From: Spirochaetia bacterium | GTDB lineage: Bacteria > Spirochaetota > Spirochaetia > UBA9216 | Assembly (NCBI GenBank): GCA_963677925.2 | Contig: CAXXYH010000004.1 | Location: forward strand, 2,240,001-2,304,000 | Direction of reading: 5' to 3' | Length of the DNA: 64,000 nt | Shown here: positions 26,188-35,900 of the stretch, one piece after another | Layout: each line of letters opens with the position of its first letter | Numbering within the stretch: the first letter of the stretch is position 1 | The notes under the pieces: generated by a model | Database searches by the model: none | Told to the model about the DNA's origin: nothing | The model's input: only the letters and a program-made list of their open reading frames with translations | Translations under genes and position numbers: made by a program

Positions 26188-27598
26188 GAAGTCACGGGTT
26201 CTGTTCAGTGTAAGACAGGCCGGAGTCTGGTCGCGTGCGATAGTGTTCGGCAATGACCTGGCGGAAATTACTTCTGTTGTAACTGATTCAAGAGACGCTG
26301 TCCCCGGCTGTCTCTTTGTTGCTATTAAAGGGGAGAGAACCGACGGGCATAAATATATCGGTCAGGTCTGTGATGCGGGAGCCTCTGCTGTAATAGTTGC
26401 TCAGGACTGGCTTAAAATGAATTCCGGGGTTCTTGATGAATATGAAAATACTGCTTTTATAGTAGGTGAAGAACCTGTTCGTCTTATGCAGGATATTTCC
26501 GCCGGATATATGCGCGGTTTGTCACATCCTGTGAGGATTGGTGTTACCGGAAGCAGTGGAAAGACAACTGTTAAGGAAGTTATTGCTGCAGTTCTTTCTG
26601 CTGCCGGTTCGGTTGTGAAGACAAGGGGTAATCTGAACTCTGAGATAGGACTGCCGGTTGCGGTTCTTGATATTGAAGAATCTTCAGATTACGCCGTTAT
26701 AGAAATGGGCATTAACCGTGTGGGTGAAATGGATATCCTAGCTGAGATATTCCGTCCGGATGTGGTTGTCATTACCAACATCGGGACTGCCCATATCGGT
26801 ATTTTAGGCAGCAGGGAAAATATTGCTGCCGAAAAGAAAAAGGCAGCTATTAATTTTAACGGCAGCCAGGTTCTTTTTGTATCAGAAGAAGAGGCATATT
26901 CAAATATCCTCGGTGAGGGTCTGAATGGAAGGCTGCTGAAGTACGGTAAAAACCAGATTAAGGCTGATTTCAGCTGTTCAGATATGGGGCTTGCCGGATG
27001 GGAGATTAGGCTTGACGGCCATAAAGCTGTATATCCGCTTCCCGGTACTCATAATCTGATGAATGCAGTATGCGCAGTCTGTGTTGCCGAATACTTCGGT
27101 CTTGATTCTGAGAGTATCTGCATGGGGCTTGCTGCAGCCGGAACACTTTCAGGAAGAAGTGAAATTATTGAAGGCGTTGTAACTGTAATTCAGGATGCCT
27201 ACAATTCCAATGCCGATTCACTTTCAAAAGCTATGAAATTTGCCGATTCAGTAAGCTGGAGCGGCAGGAAGCTTTATGTTATAGGCGATATGAAGGAGCT
27301 TGGCGATAACTCTGCAGAAATTCATAAGGCTGCAGGGAAAGAGGCGGCAGAGAGCCGTGCAGATGAGCTTTTCTTCTTCGGCGAAGATTCAAAGGCGGCT
27401 TATGAAGCGGCCGTCTCTGTGAAAAACACTGCTGGAGACGGAAATGACATTGTGTCATGGACCGCTGATTATGCAGAACTGGAGGAAATGGTTCTTGAAA
27501 CGCTTCAGGAGGGGGATCTTCTTCTGCTGAAAGCGTCAAGATCCATGAATCTTGAAAGGCTTGTTAAGCCTGTAACTGAGAAATTCGGGAGAAAATAG
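26180..27598 (+). CDS. murF: UDP-MurNAc-tripeptide--D-Ala-D-Ala ligase
   Basis: TDSR, GERTDGH, TGSSGKTTVKE, GNLNSEIGLP, DAYNSN, GDMKELG, LKASR. Confidence 0.94.
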   Translation: MAEKSRVLFSVRQAGVWSRAIVFGNDLAEITSVVTDSRDAVPGCLFVAIKGERTDGHKYIGQVCDAGASAVIVAQDWLKMNSGVLDEYENTAFIVGEEPVRLMQDISAGYMRGLSHPVRIGVTGSSGKTTVKEVIAAVLSAAGSVVKTRGNLNSEIGLPVAVLDIEESSDYAVIEMGINRVGEMDILAEIFRPDVVVITNIGTAHIGILGSRENIAAEKKKAAINFNGSQVLFVSEEEAYSNILGEGLNGRLLKYGKNQIKADFSCSDMGLAGWEIRLDGHKAVYPLPGTHNLMNAVCAVCVAEYFGLDSESICMGLAAAGTLSGRSEIIEGVVTVIQDAYNSNADSLSKAMKFADSVSWSGRKLYVIGDMKELGDNSAEIHKAAGKEAAESRADELFFFGEDSKAAYEAAVSVKNTAGDGNDIVSWTADYAELEEMVLETLQEGDLLLLKASRSMNLERLVKPVTEKFGRK

Positions 27599-28678
27599 AT
27601 GTTAAAAGAATTGCTGTATCCGCTGGTAGATTATTTTACAGCGTTCAATATATTTCAGTACATTACTTTCAGGGCCGCATATGCAGCGGTAACTGCTCTG
27701 TTTATCTCCTTTCTTTTTGGTCCCAAGATAATCAGCGGGCTTCGGAAGTTTAAACTCGGCCAGATGGTCAGGAAGGACGGGCCGCAGTCACATCTTTCCA
27801 AAACAGGTACCCCGACAATGGGCGGGCTGATAATTATTCTTGCTATCCTGGTTGCCTGTCTTTTATGGATGGATATGACAAATCCATACATGTGGATCGG
27901 TATTGTTTCTATGCTGGGTTTCGGCTTTGTAGGCTTCATGGATGATTACCTTAAGATTACAAGAAAAAGTTCGGAAGGACTTCAGGCCAGATTCAAGCTC
28001 TATGGTCAGATTCTGGTCTCTCTAGTTATAGTTCTTTTCCTTTATTTTAATGCGAATGAGCATACGACCCTGCTGTATCTTCCGTTTCTTAAGAAGCCGG
28101 TTCTTGATTTAGGAGTATTCTACATCCCTGCAGCTGTTTTCCTGCTTGTTTATTCAACTAATTCGGTAAATCTGACTGACGGTCTGGACGGACTTGCGGT
28201 GGGGCTTGTGATGCTTGTAGGCATTGCCTTCGGTATTCTTACTTATATAGTGGGAAGGGCGGATTTTGCAGAATATCTTCAGGTTCCCTACCTGCCTGAG
28301 AGCAGCGAGCTTCCTGTCTATTGCTTTGCGCTGATAGGCGCTGCGGTGGGTTTTCTGTGGTTTAACGCTCATCCGGCTGAAGTTTTTATGGGTGATACCG
28401 GTTCGCTTGCACTGGGCGGAGCACTCGGTGTTGTTGCTCTTATGATTAAGAAAGAAATCCTGTTTGTCATTATCGGCGGTGTTTTTCTTCTGGAAACACT
28501 CTCGGTAATAATTCAGGTTGTCTCATATAAAACCAGGGGAAAGAGGGTGTTTAAAATGGCGCCTCTTCACCATCATTTTGAGCTGAAAGGCTGGGCTGAA
28601 ACAAAAGTTGTTATCAGGTTCTGGATAATGGGCGGGATGTTTGCGATTCTTGCCCTGTCTACATTGAAATTACAGTAG
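27599..28678 (+). CDS. mraY: Phospho-MurNAc-pentapeptide transferase
   Basis: KTGTPTMGG, DDYLK, NLTDGLDGL, FMGDTGSL, MAPLHHHFE. Confidence 0.97.
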   Translation: MLKELLYPLVDYFTAFNIFQYITFRAAYAAVTALFISFLFGPKIISGLRKFKLGQMVRKDGPQSHLSKTGTPTMGGLIIILAILVACLLWMDMTNPYMWIGIVSMLGFGFVGFMDDYLKITRKSSEGLQARFKLYGQILVSLVIVLFLYFNANEHTTLLYLPFLKKPVLDLGVFYIPAAVFLLVYSTNSVNLTDGLDGLAVGLVMLVGIAFGILTYIVGRADFAEYLQVPYLPESSELPVYCFALIGAAVGFLWFNAHPAEVFMGDTGSLALGGALGVVALMIKKEILFVIIGGVFLLETLSVIIQVVSYKTRGKRVFKMAPLHHHFELKGWAETKVVIRFWIMGGMFAILALSTLKLQ

Positions 28679-28684
28679 GAAATA

Positions 28685-29824
28685 ATGGGCGGAAAGTTCG
28701 AACTGGAAAAAGTTCAGGGTGGAAAATGTGACTATATTTTATTTCTCCTTATTGCAGTGCTTGCGGGTGTAGGCTTTTCTGCGCTTTTTTCATCTTCATA
28801 TTTCTATGCCGGAAAGTATTTTGATGACAGCCTTCTGTTTATTAGAAAGCAGCTTATACTCGGCGGAGCCGGTATTGTGTGCGGAGTAGTTGCAAGCAGG
28901 ATATCTATTGATTTTATCAGAAGGTATACTCCTGCATTTCTTCTTCTGACCATGGTGCTGATTCTTGTAACCTTTATTCCGGGCGTCGGTGAGCGTGTTC
29001 TTGGTGCCCGGAGGTGGATCTTCTTTTTCGGTTTTTCATTTCAGCCCTCCGAGCTCGCAAAACTTGCAGTTATACTTTATCTCGCTCATATTTTCGATAA
29101 AAAGCAGGATCGGATGGGTGATATTGCCAATTCTGTAATTCCTCCGTTTATTATCGTAGGTGTAACAGTGGGGCTGGTATTTCTGCAGAATGACTTTTCA
29201 ACAGCTTTGTTTATACTGGTCGTGAGTCTGCTGATGTTCTATCTTGCCGGAGTTCCTTTCCTGTATTTTATCTTTCTGCTGACAGCAATAGTTCCGCTGT
29301 CAGTCATCCTTCTGTTTACAAAACCTCACAGGGTTGAAAGGCTTATAGCCTTCATTAATCCGGAAACCGATCCTGTAGGTTCGGGATATCAGATTATGGC
29401 GGCTCAGTCTGCACTTGAGAACGGAGGATTCTGGGGGCTTGGTATAGGGCAGGGGATAAAAAAGATGGGGGGGCTTCCCGAGGTTTATTCAGACTTTATC
29501 TTTGCTTCACTTGCCGAGGAAGCCGGGTTTGTCGGAATTTTTTGTGTTATCGCGCTCTTTGTCGGGTTTGCGATCCGTGCATACTACAGAGGGGTGAAAA
29601 CCGAAAGCCGATATGAATTTCTGCTGGTATTCGGTCTAACAACATGTATTCTTTATCAGGCCATGTTCAATATTGCTGTTGTTTCCGGGCTTGTCCCGGC
29701 TACAGGTATACCGCTTCCGTTTTTTTCATCAGGCGGTTCTTCAATTTTTGTAACTTTTATTATGTGCGGTCTTCTTATGGGGATAACGCGTCGTCAGAAT
29801 GAATCCGAGGCAGGACTACTATGA
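28685..29824 (+). CDS. ftsW: SEDS peptidoglycan polymerase FtsW
   Basis: GARRWI, FQPSELAK, GYQ, DFIF, TGIPLPFFSSGGSS. Confidence 0.93.
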   Translation: MGGKFELEKVQGGKCDYILFLLIAVLAGVGFSALFSSSYFYAGKYFDDSLLFIRKQLILGGAGIVCGVVASRISIDFIRRYTPAFLLLTMVLILVTFIPGVGERVLGARRWIFFFGFSFQPSELAKLAVILYLAHIFDKKQDRMGDIANSVIPPFIIVGVTVGLVFLQNDFSTALFILVVSLLMFYLAGVPFLYFIFLLTAIVPLSVILLFTKPHRVERLIAFINPETDPVGSGYQIMAAQSALENGGFWGLGIGQGIKKMGGLPEVYSDFIFASLAEEAGFVGIFCVIALFVGFAIRAYYRGVKTESRYEFLLVFGLTTCILYQAMFNIAVVSGLVPATGIPLPFFSSGGSSIFVTFIMCGLLMGITRRQNESEAGLL

Positions 29825-30720
29825 GTAATTTACAGCATTTTGAGCATTACAATGATTTTACTTATTCTTCAGGGCATGGTGCCCATAAGGGAACTGTCAA
29901 GGCTCCGGAAAACTCCCGCAGGCTCACCGAGGCTGCCAGGATTGAGAATAAAAAGGCTAAAGCAGTAAAGATTCTCAAGGCTTCAATAATAGTTCTCGCA
30001 TTCATTCTTGTTATGCAGCTTGCCTACCACCTGTATTTTGCCGGAAATATTGTAATTAAGCATCTGGTAATCGATACAGGCACTGATCTGCAGCTTTCAG
30101 AATCCCAATTGCTCAAGATGGCAGGACTTAAAAGCAGTCAGTCATTTTTCAGTGTGGATACTGCCGTAATTGAGCAGAATCTGGAACGGTATCCTCAGGT
30201 TCAGTCTGCCTATGCTCAGAAGAAATTCCCCGACACTCTCGTTGTTTCCGTCAAAGGCAGAACTCCGCTTGCACTCTGTATAGTTGAAAACGGCGAAGGA
30301 ACTCTTCCGGTAACGGTGGATAAAGAAGGAGTGATATTTCAGGCCGGTGAAAACGTTACGGATTTGAATCTCCCTGTTCTGTCGGGAATAAAGTTCTCTG
30401 ATGCAGGTCTTGGGGTAGTTCTTCCGGGACCGGTTGTAAGCTTTTTGTCGGGGCTGGACAGCCTGAACCGGGAGTCGCCGGAGTTTTACAATATGATTTC
30501 GGAACTCAAGTTCATAAAAAAAGACAATGATGATTTCGATGTGTTGATGTATCCTCAAAATTATAGTATCCCTGTGAGGATAGGAAAAAGAATAGACAAG
30601 GAACTGTTGACCTACGTGGTTCTTGTTCTTGATGTAGTTAAGACTCAGGGGCTTGAATCACAGATTGAAGAACTCGATTTCAGAACAGATGAAGTTGTCT
30701 ACAGGGTTAGGGGGAACTGA
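29821..30720 (+). CDS. ftsQ: Cell division protein FtsQ/DivIB
   Basis: One TM, POTRA domain (KKFPDTLVVSV), C-terminal LDFR. Directly precedes ftsA. Confidence 0.85.
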   Translation: MSNLQHFEHYNDFTYSSGHGAHKGTVKAPENSRRLTEAARIENKKAKAVKILKASIIVLAFILVMQLAYHLYFAGNIVIKHLVIDTGTDLQLSESQLLKMAGLKSSQSFFSVDTAVIEQNLERYPQVQSAYAQKKFPDTLVVSVKGRTPLALCIVENGEGTLPVTVDKEGVIFQAGENVTDLNLPVLSGIKFSDAGLGVVLPGPVVSFLSGLDSLNRESPEFYNMISELKFIKKDNDDFDVLMYPQNYSIPVRIGKRIDKELLTYVVLVLDVVKTQGLESQIEELDFRTDEVVYRVRGN

Positions 30721-30721
30721 C

Positions 30722-31957
30722 TTGCCAGCTGAAGATTTAATTGTCGGTCTTGATATAGGTACAACCAAGGTTTGCGCCGTTATCGGTGAAATAAACGACA
30801 GCGGTAAAATTGAAATAGTCGGTATCGGAACCGCGCCTTCTGAAGGTCTTAGAAAGGGTGTAGTAATCAATATTGAATCTACTCTAAAGGCTGTGACAAA
30901 GGCTATTGAGGCTGCCGAGATGATGTCCGGTCGTGAAGTGTCCTCAGTGATTACTGGTATCGCGGGCTCTCATGTCGAAGGCATCAATTCCAGGGGCGTT
31001 GTTGCGGTCTCCGGGCGAGATCGAGAAATAACTGCAGAAGATGTGCGGCGTGTCATTGAGGCGGCCCGGGCGGTTGTGATTCCGATGGACCGGGAAGTTC
31101 TGCATGTAATCCCACAGGAATATATAGTTGATGACCAGGGCGGCATAAAAGATCCGCTTGATATGATAGGAATCAGGCTTGAGGCAGAAGTCCATATAAT
31201 TACTGGTTCGGTAACTTCCGCCCAGAATCTGCTTAAATGCGTCAACAGGGCCGGTTTCAGGGTAGAAGATATAGTTCTGGAGTCAATTGCCTCTGCCAGA
31301 GCCGTTCTTTCCGAAGAGGAAAAGGAGCTCGGGGTCCTGATGATCGATCTCGGCGGCGGAACAACTGATGTGCTGGTTTATGTAGACGGTTCTCCCTACC
31401 ATACAGATGTTGTTGCTGTAGGCGGCGAGCAGGTTACAAGCGATATTTCCATAGTGCTGAAAACTCCGGCTGAGTTTGCTGAAAAGCTTAAAAAGGAATC
31501 AGGCTGCTGCTATATGCCTCTTGTTGATCCGACCGAGGACATCCTTCTTCCGGGTGTCGGTGGATGGCCTTCGGCATCAATTCCCAAGGCTGAACTCTGC
31601 AAGATTATACAGCCGAGGATGGCTGAAACCTTCTCTATGATACGCGATAAGATGCACCGTAAGGGCTACCTTAATCACCTGCGCGGCGGCGTTGTGCTGA
31701 CCGGCGGCGGTTCGATGATGCCCGGTGCTGCTGAACTTGCAAGGGAGATATTCGGAGTACCGGCAAGAATAGGCTATCCCTTTGAACTTGGAGGGCTGGT
31801 GCAGGAATACCGGAATCCGATGTATTCGACTGCAGTCGGCCTTGTGATGTACGGGGATGAGATAGCCGACAAGGATAAAATTCATAAAAAAGGCGGAAGA
31901 CGGTCAAAAGACGGTGCCGGAAGCCGGTTTATGAACTGGATGAAAGAATTTTTTTAA
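30722..31957 (+). CDS. ftsA: Cell division protein FtsA
   Basis: [25 protein letters not shown]-terminal amphipathic WMKEFF. TTG start just after the ftsQ stop. Confidence 0.96.
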   Translation: MPAEDLIVGLDIGTTKVCAVIGEINDSGKIEIVGIGTAPSEGLRKGVVINIESTLKAVTKAIEAAEMMSGREVSSVITGIAGSHVEGINSRGVVAVSGRDREITAEDVRRVIEAARAVVIPMDREVLHVIPQEYIVDDQGGIKDPLDMIGIRLEAEVHIITGSVTSAQNLLKCVNRAGFRVEDIVLESIASARAVLSEEEKELGVLMIDLGGGTTDVLVYVDGSPYHTDVVAVGGEQVTSDISIVLKTPAEFAEKLKKESGCCYMPLVDPTEDILLPGVGGWPSASIPKAELCKIIQPRMAETFSMIRDKMHRKGYLNHLRGGVVLTGGGSMMPGAAELAREIFGVPARIGYPFELGGLVQEYRNPMYSTAVGLVMYGDEIADKDKIHKKGGRRSKDGAGSRFMNWMKEFF

Positions 31958-32034
31958 AAAAGGTTCTGTTTTGTTCTGGTAAAAAGGGGCAGGACCGTTG
32001 TAATATATTTAAAGCTTCTGGGAGGGGGCAGCAA

Positions 32035-33210
32035 ATGAATATAGAGCTGGTCGAAGATAGATTCGGCGGGGAAATGACCAGCCCCACCGTAATCAAGGTA
32101 ATCGGTGTAGGCGGCGGCGGAAACAATGCTGTTAACCGGATGATATCTAGCGGTTTAAAAAATGTTGAATTTCTTGCAGTAAATACTGATCTTCAGGCGC
32201 TTAAACTGTCAAGTGCCGAAATGAAAATGCCAATCGGAACAAAGCTCACAGGCGGTCTCGGTGCAGGCGGAAATCCTGAAATAGGACAGAATGCGGCAAT
32301 TGAGAGTACCGAAGAACTGCGCAATGCCCTCAGGGGTGCTGATATGGTTTTTATCACTGCAGGAATGGGCGGTGGAACCGGAACAGGTGCGGCCGCGGTA
32401 GTTGCACAGATAGCAAGAGAGCTTGAAGCTCTTACAGTTGCTGTAGTTACAAAGCCCTTCACTTTTGAAGGTGCGAAAAAAATGAAACTTGCCGAGCAGG
32501 GAATCGAAAAGCTCAGAAAAGCTGTTGATACGCTCATTATTATACCCAACCAGTATCTTCTTAAGATCGTGGAACGGAAGACACCGATTAAAGAAGCCTT
32601 CAGAATTGCAGATGATGTTCTGCGGCAGGGTGTTCAGGGTATTTCAGACCTGATTACCGAAGCGGGTGAGATTAATATCGACTTTGCTGATGTCAGAACT
32701 ATCATGAAAGGTCAGGGTGATGCCCTTATGGGTATAGGGACAGGCCGCGGCGATAACAGGGCTGTTGATGCCGCCACAAATGCAATCAATAACCCGCTGC
32801 TTGAAGACGCAAGAATTGAGGGTGCCAGAGGCATACTCGTAAGTGTTACAGGCGGAGAGGATTTTTCACTCGCAGAATACGAAGAGATTCTTAATATAAT
32901 AACCACAAATGCAGACAAGGATGCAATGATCATCTCGGGCACAGCAACTGATCCGACTCTTGAAGATGAAGTAAAGGTAACTGTTATAGCAACCGGTTCA
33001 TCTGATGAAATTACAGAGGTCGTTGAAGAATCCTGTGATGAACCTGAAGCAAAAAGTCAGGAAGTCGTTGGTTATAAAGAGTGGATTGAGATGCAGTCAG
33101 GACTGACAAAGAATAATCAGGTGTCATCACTTTCCAGAAGAAACTCTCTTTTTGATGAAGATCTGGGGATTCCGACTGTTTTCAGGTCTGAGATGTCAAA
33201 AGAAAGCTGA
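32035..33210 (+). CDS. ftsZ: Cell division protein FtsZ
   Basis: [26 protein letters not shown]-terminal LGIPTVFR. Confidence 0.98.
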   Translation: MNIELVEDRFGGEMTSPTVIKVIGVGGGGNNAVNRMISSGLKNVEFLAVNTDLQALKLSSAEMKMPIGTKLTGGLGAGGNPEIGQNAAIESTEELRNALRGADMVFITAGMGGGTGTGAAAVVAQIARELEALTVAVVTKPFTFEGAKKMKLAEQGIEKLRKAVDTLIIIPNQYLLKIVERKTPIKEAFRIADDVLRQGVQGISDLITEAGEINIDFADVRTIMKGQGDALMGIGTGRGDNRAVDAATNAINNPLLEDARIEGARGILVSVTGGEDFSLAEYEEILNIITTNADKDAMIISGTATDPTLEDEVKVTVIATGSSDEITEVVEESCDEPEAKSQEVVGYKEWIEMQSGLTKNNQVSSLSRRNSLFDEDLGIPTVFRSEMSKES

Positions 33211-33226
33211 TTAACGGCTTTTTGTC

Positions 33227-34129
33227 ATGAATGTAGACAGAATCCTTTCAGATTATGCAGATTATTTAAGACTCGATCTGAGGTTAAGCCGGAATACTGT
33301 GGAAGCCTACATCCGCGGCTGTTCCGGATTCCTGAATTCCATTAATGGAAGGGTGGATTCTCTTGCTGATATCGAGGCCTCCGATATAATCGTATACCTC
33401 AGCGAAAAACAGACTGATGATTCAGAAGGTAAGGGTGTAAGCCAGCGGACGGTTTCCCGTATCCTGAGCTCCCTCAGATCCTTTTTTAACTTTCTGATTA
33501 TTGAAAAAGTCCGTGAAGACAACCCGGCCCGCATGGTTGATATGCCGAGGGTGAGAAAGAAACTTCCCGGAGTTCTGTCTGTTGAGGAAATCGACAGTTT
33601 TTTGTCATACATCGATATAGAAAAACCCTCCGGTCTGCGTGACCGCGCGCTGTTCGAACTTATTTATTCCTGCGGACTTCGTGTCTCAGAGGCTGTTTCG
33701 CTGAATTTCGGCGGCCTCTTTCTTAAGGAGGGATTAATCAGGGTTCACGGAAAGGGTGAGAAAGACCGCTTTGTGCCTCTTGGCGATGAAGGACTTTTCT
33801 GGCTTAAACGATATATTGATGAAGCACGGCCGCTTCTGTGTAAAAAAGCTGATAATTCGGGAATGGTCTTCCTTAATTATCGGGGCGATCCGCTTACAAG
33901 AAAGGGGATGTGGAAACGCTTTCATGCAATCGCTGAAAAGGCAGGAGTTAAGGCGAAGATTCATACCCTCAGACATTCGTTTGCAACCCATCTTCTGCAG
34001 GGCGGGGCCGACTTGAGATCTGTACAGGAACTGCTGGGACATACTGATATTTCAACTACTCAGATTTATACACATCTCAGCCGTGAAGACCTGAAGAACA
34101 GTCATATGAGGTATCATCCAAGAGGATGA
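33227..34129 (+). CDS. xerD: Tyrosine recombinase XerD
   Basis: [40 protein letters not shown]. Confidence 0.85.
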   Translation: MNVDRILSDYADYLRLDLRLSRNTVEAYIRGCSGFLNSINGRVDSLADIEASDIIVYLSEKQTDDSEGKGVSQRTVSRILSSLRSFFNFLIIEKVREDNPARMVDMPRVRKKLPGVLSVEEIDSFLSYIDIEKPSGLRDRALFELIYSCGLRVSEAVSLNFGGLFLKEGLIRVHGKGEKDRFVPLGDEGLFWLKRYIDEARPLLCKKADNSGMVFLNYRGDPLTRKGMWKRFHAIAEKAGVKAKIHTLRHSFATHLLQGGADLRSVQELLGHTDISTTQIYTHLSREDLKNSHMRYHPRG

Positions 34130-34143
34130 AGGACGGAAAGTTT

Positions 34144-34863
34144 ATGAAGATATTTTTCAGAACAGCCATAATCCTCATTCTTCTTTTTCCTGCTCTTTCA
34201 TGCAGCGGTGAACGCAGTACATGGCTTGATAACCTTACTGCAGCAGAGAAGAAAGAATACAAGACCGATCAGATCCCTGAACAGCGTATAGATGAACTTA
34301 AGCAGGGAATAAAGGAATATGAGGCGGAGGTCGGGCGCACTGTAAAAGCTGCCAAGCAGATTGGCATCTATTACCGTATGCTCGCTCTTGAATACATGAG
34401 TCTGGAAATGTATAACGAGGCTCTGAAAAGTCTTGAGCAGGCTGTTAAATATTTTCCGACCAGTCCCATGCTTTACTATTACGCTGCCATATGCGCCGGC
34501 CAGATGAAGGAAGCTGTTTTTACAAAACAGGAAGCTGATGCCTATCTTGCTGAAGCTGAAAGAATGTATCTTCGCGCTGTAAATCTTGATCCGGGATATA
34601 AGGAAGCTCTCTACGGGCTCTCAGTACTATATGTTTTTGAACTTGAGCGGCCTCTGGATGCGGAACCTCTGCTGGAAAGACTTGTTTCAATGGAGCAGAA
34701 GAACTTCAATGCAATGTTTCTGCTTGCAAGGGTTAAGGTTGTAAAGGGTGATTACGATTCTGCAGTTGATATCTATATGGATATTGAAAGCAGAACCGCG
34801 GATGAGGAAATCAAGGCGAAGGCTGCTGATAATATCAGACAGCTTTCAGGAGGCAGGGGATGA
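34144..34863 (+). CDS. TPR-repeat lipoprotein
   Basis: Signal peptide ending ALSC, TPR-like helices (YNEALKSLEQAV, YKEALYGL). Track start 34126 is an alternative. Confidence 0.8.
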   Translation: MKIFFRTAIILILLFPALSCSGERSTWLDNLTAAEKKEYKTDQIPEQRIDELKQGIKEYEAEVGRTVKAAKQIGIYYRMLALEYMSLEMYNEALKSLEQAVKYFPTSPMLYYYAAICAGQMKEAVFTKQEADAYLAEAERMYLRAVNLDPGYKEALYGLSVLYVFELERPLDAEPLLERLVSMEQKNFNAMFLLARVKVVKGDYDSAVDIYMDIESRTADEEIKAKAADNIRQLSGGRG

Positions 34864-35900
34864 GTGACCTGCAGCTTGATATACTTATCAGCCGTTATTC
34901 TTTTCTGCGGAGTGAAGAGAAGCTTCTCGTCCGTGATGTGGCAGGTTCTTTACAGCAGCTGCAGGAGCTGAATGTTCAGGATATAGCCGGAATAATAGGC
35001 CGGAAGCCGCAGATTCGGACCTGGAAACTGGAAAAAGCGTTAAAAGAAGCTGAAAACATACTTAAACATCTTGCCGATGGGCCTGTTAAATGTTTATTTT
35101 TGCATGAAAAGGAATATCCTTTTCTGCTGTCTCAGCTCTATAACCCTCCATATGTACTTTATTACAGGGGTGCATCGCCCGGAAGTATATGCAACTGCGT
35201 AGGAATCGTCGGTACCAGACTGCCTTCAGGAGGCGGTATAGATACGGCTTTTATGCTTGGGTTTGAACTGGGAATGAAATCGGTCTCTGCTGTTTCAGGA
35301 CTTGCTCTGGGAATAGATGCGGCAGCCCATGCAGGTAATATTGCGGCAAAGGTTCCTTCCGTGGCTGTGCTGGGGTGCGGACCGGACAGGATATATCCGT
35401 CGTCCAACCGGAAACTTGCCGGAAGGCTGCTTGAAGCAGGCGGATGCATATGCAGTGAGTATCCCCCCGGGACGGAGCCTTTGAAATTTCATTTCCCGGA
35501 GAGAAACCGTATTGTAAGCGGACTCTCAGACGGAGTTGTGGTTGTTGAAGCACCTTCCAGGTCAGGAGCCCTCATCACAGCCGATTTTGCAATAGAGCAG
35601 AACAGAGAGCTTTTTATACATTCTTCAGCTTTGAAATTTGGAAGTGAACGAATAATGAATTATGTTTTTGAAGGGGCCAGTGTTATAAACCATGCCGGAG
35701 AGATCGTTGAATCTCTTTATCCGGCGGCTGAACGCTGGGATTTCGGTTCGAAAACCCCTGCATATGCATTGAACTCTGTAGGAACAGGTTTAATGCTCGC
35801 CGACAGGCTTCGTAATGAACTTGGAGGCAAAGAAATTAGATTTAATGGTAAATATTTCAGGAGAGCGGGTTATGAAAGTTCATACTCTACTCATAGTTGA
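34860..35900 (+). CDS. dprA: DNA-processing protein DprA/Smf
   Basis: YNPPYVLY, IVGTR, VSGLALGIDAAAH, FPERNRIVSG, SGALITA. Confidence 0.94.
   Translation: MSDLQLDILISRYSFLRSEEKLLVRDVAGSLQQLQELNVQDIAGIIGRKPQIRTWKLEKALKEAENILKHLADGPVKCLFLHEKEYPFLLSQLYNPPYVLYYRGASPGSICNCVGIVGTRLPSGGGIDTAFMLGFELGMKSVSAVSGLALGIDAAAHAGNIAAKVPSVAVLGCGPDRIYPSSNRKLAGRLLEAGGCICSEYPPGTEPLKFHFPERNRIVSGLSDGVVVVEAPSRSGALITADFAIEQNRELFIHSSALKFGSERIMNYVFEGASVINHAGEIVESLYPAAERWDFGSKTPAYALNSVGTGLMLADRLRNELGGKEIRFNGKYFRRAGYESSYSTHS

Noticed and set aside
34860-35900. dprA as evidence of natural competence
   Set aside because: dprA next to topA is widespread in non-competent bacteria, and no other com genes are in the window.
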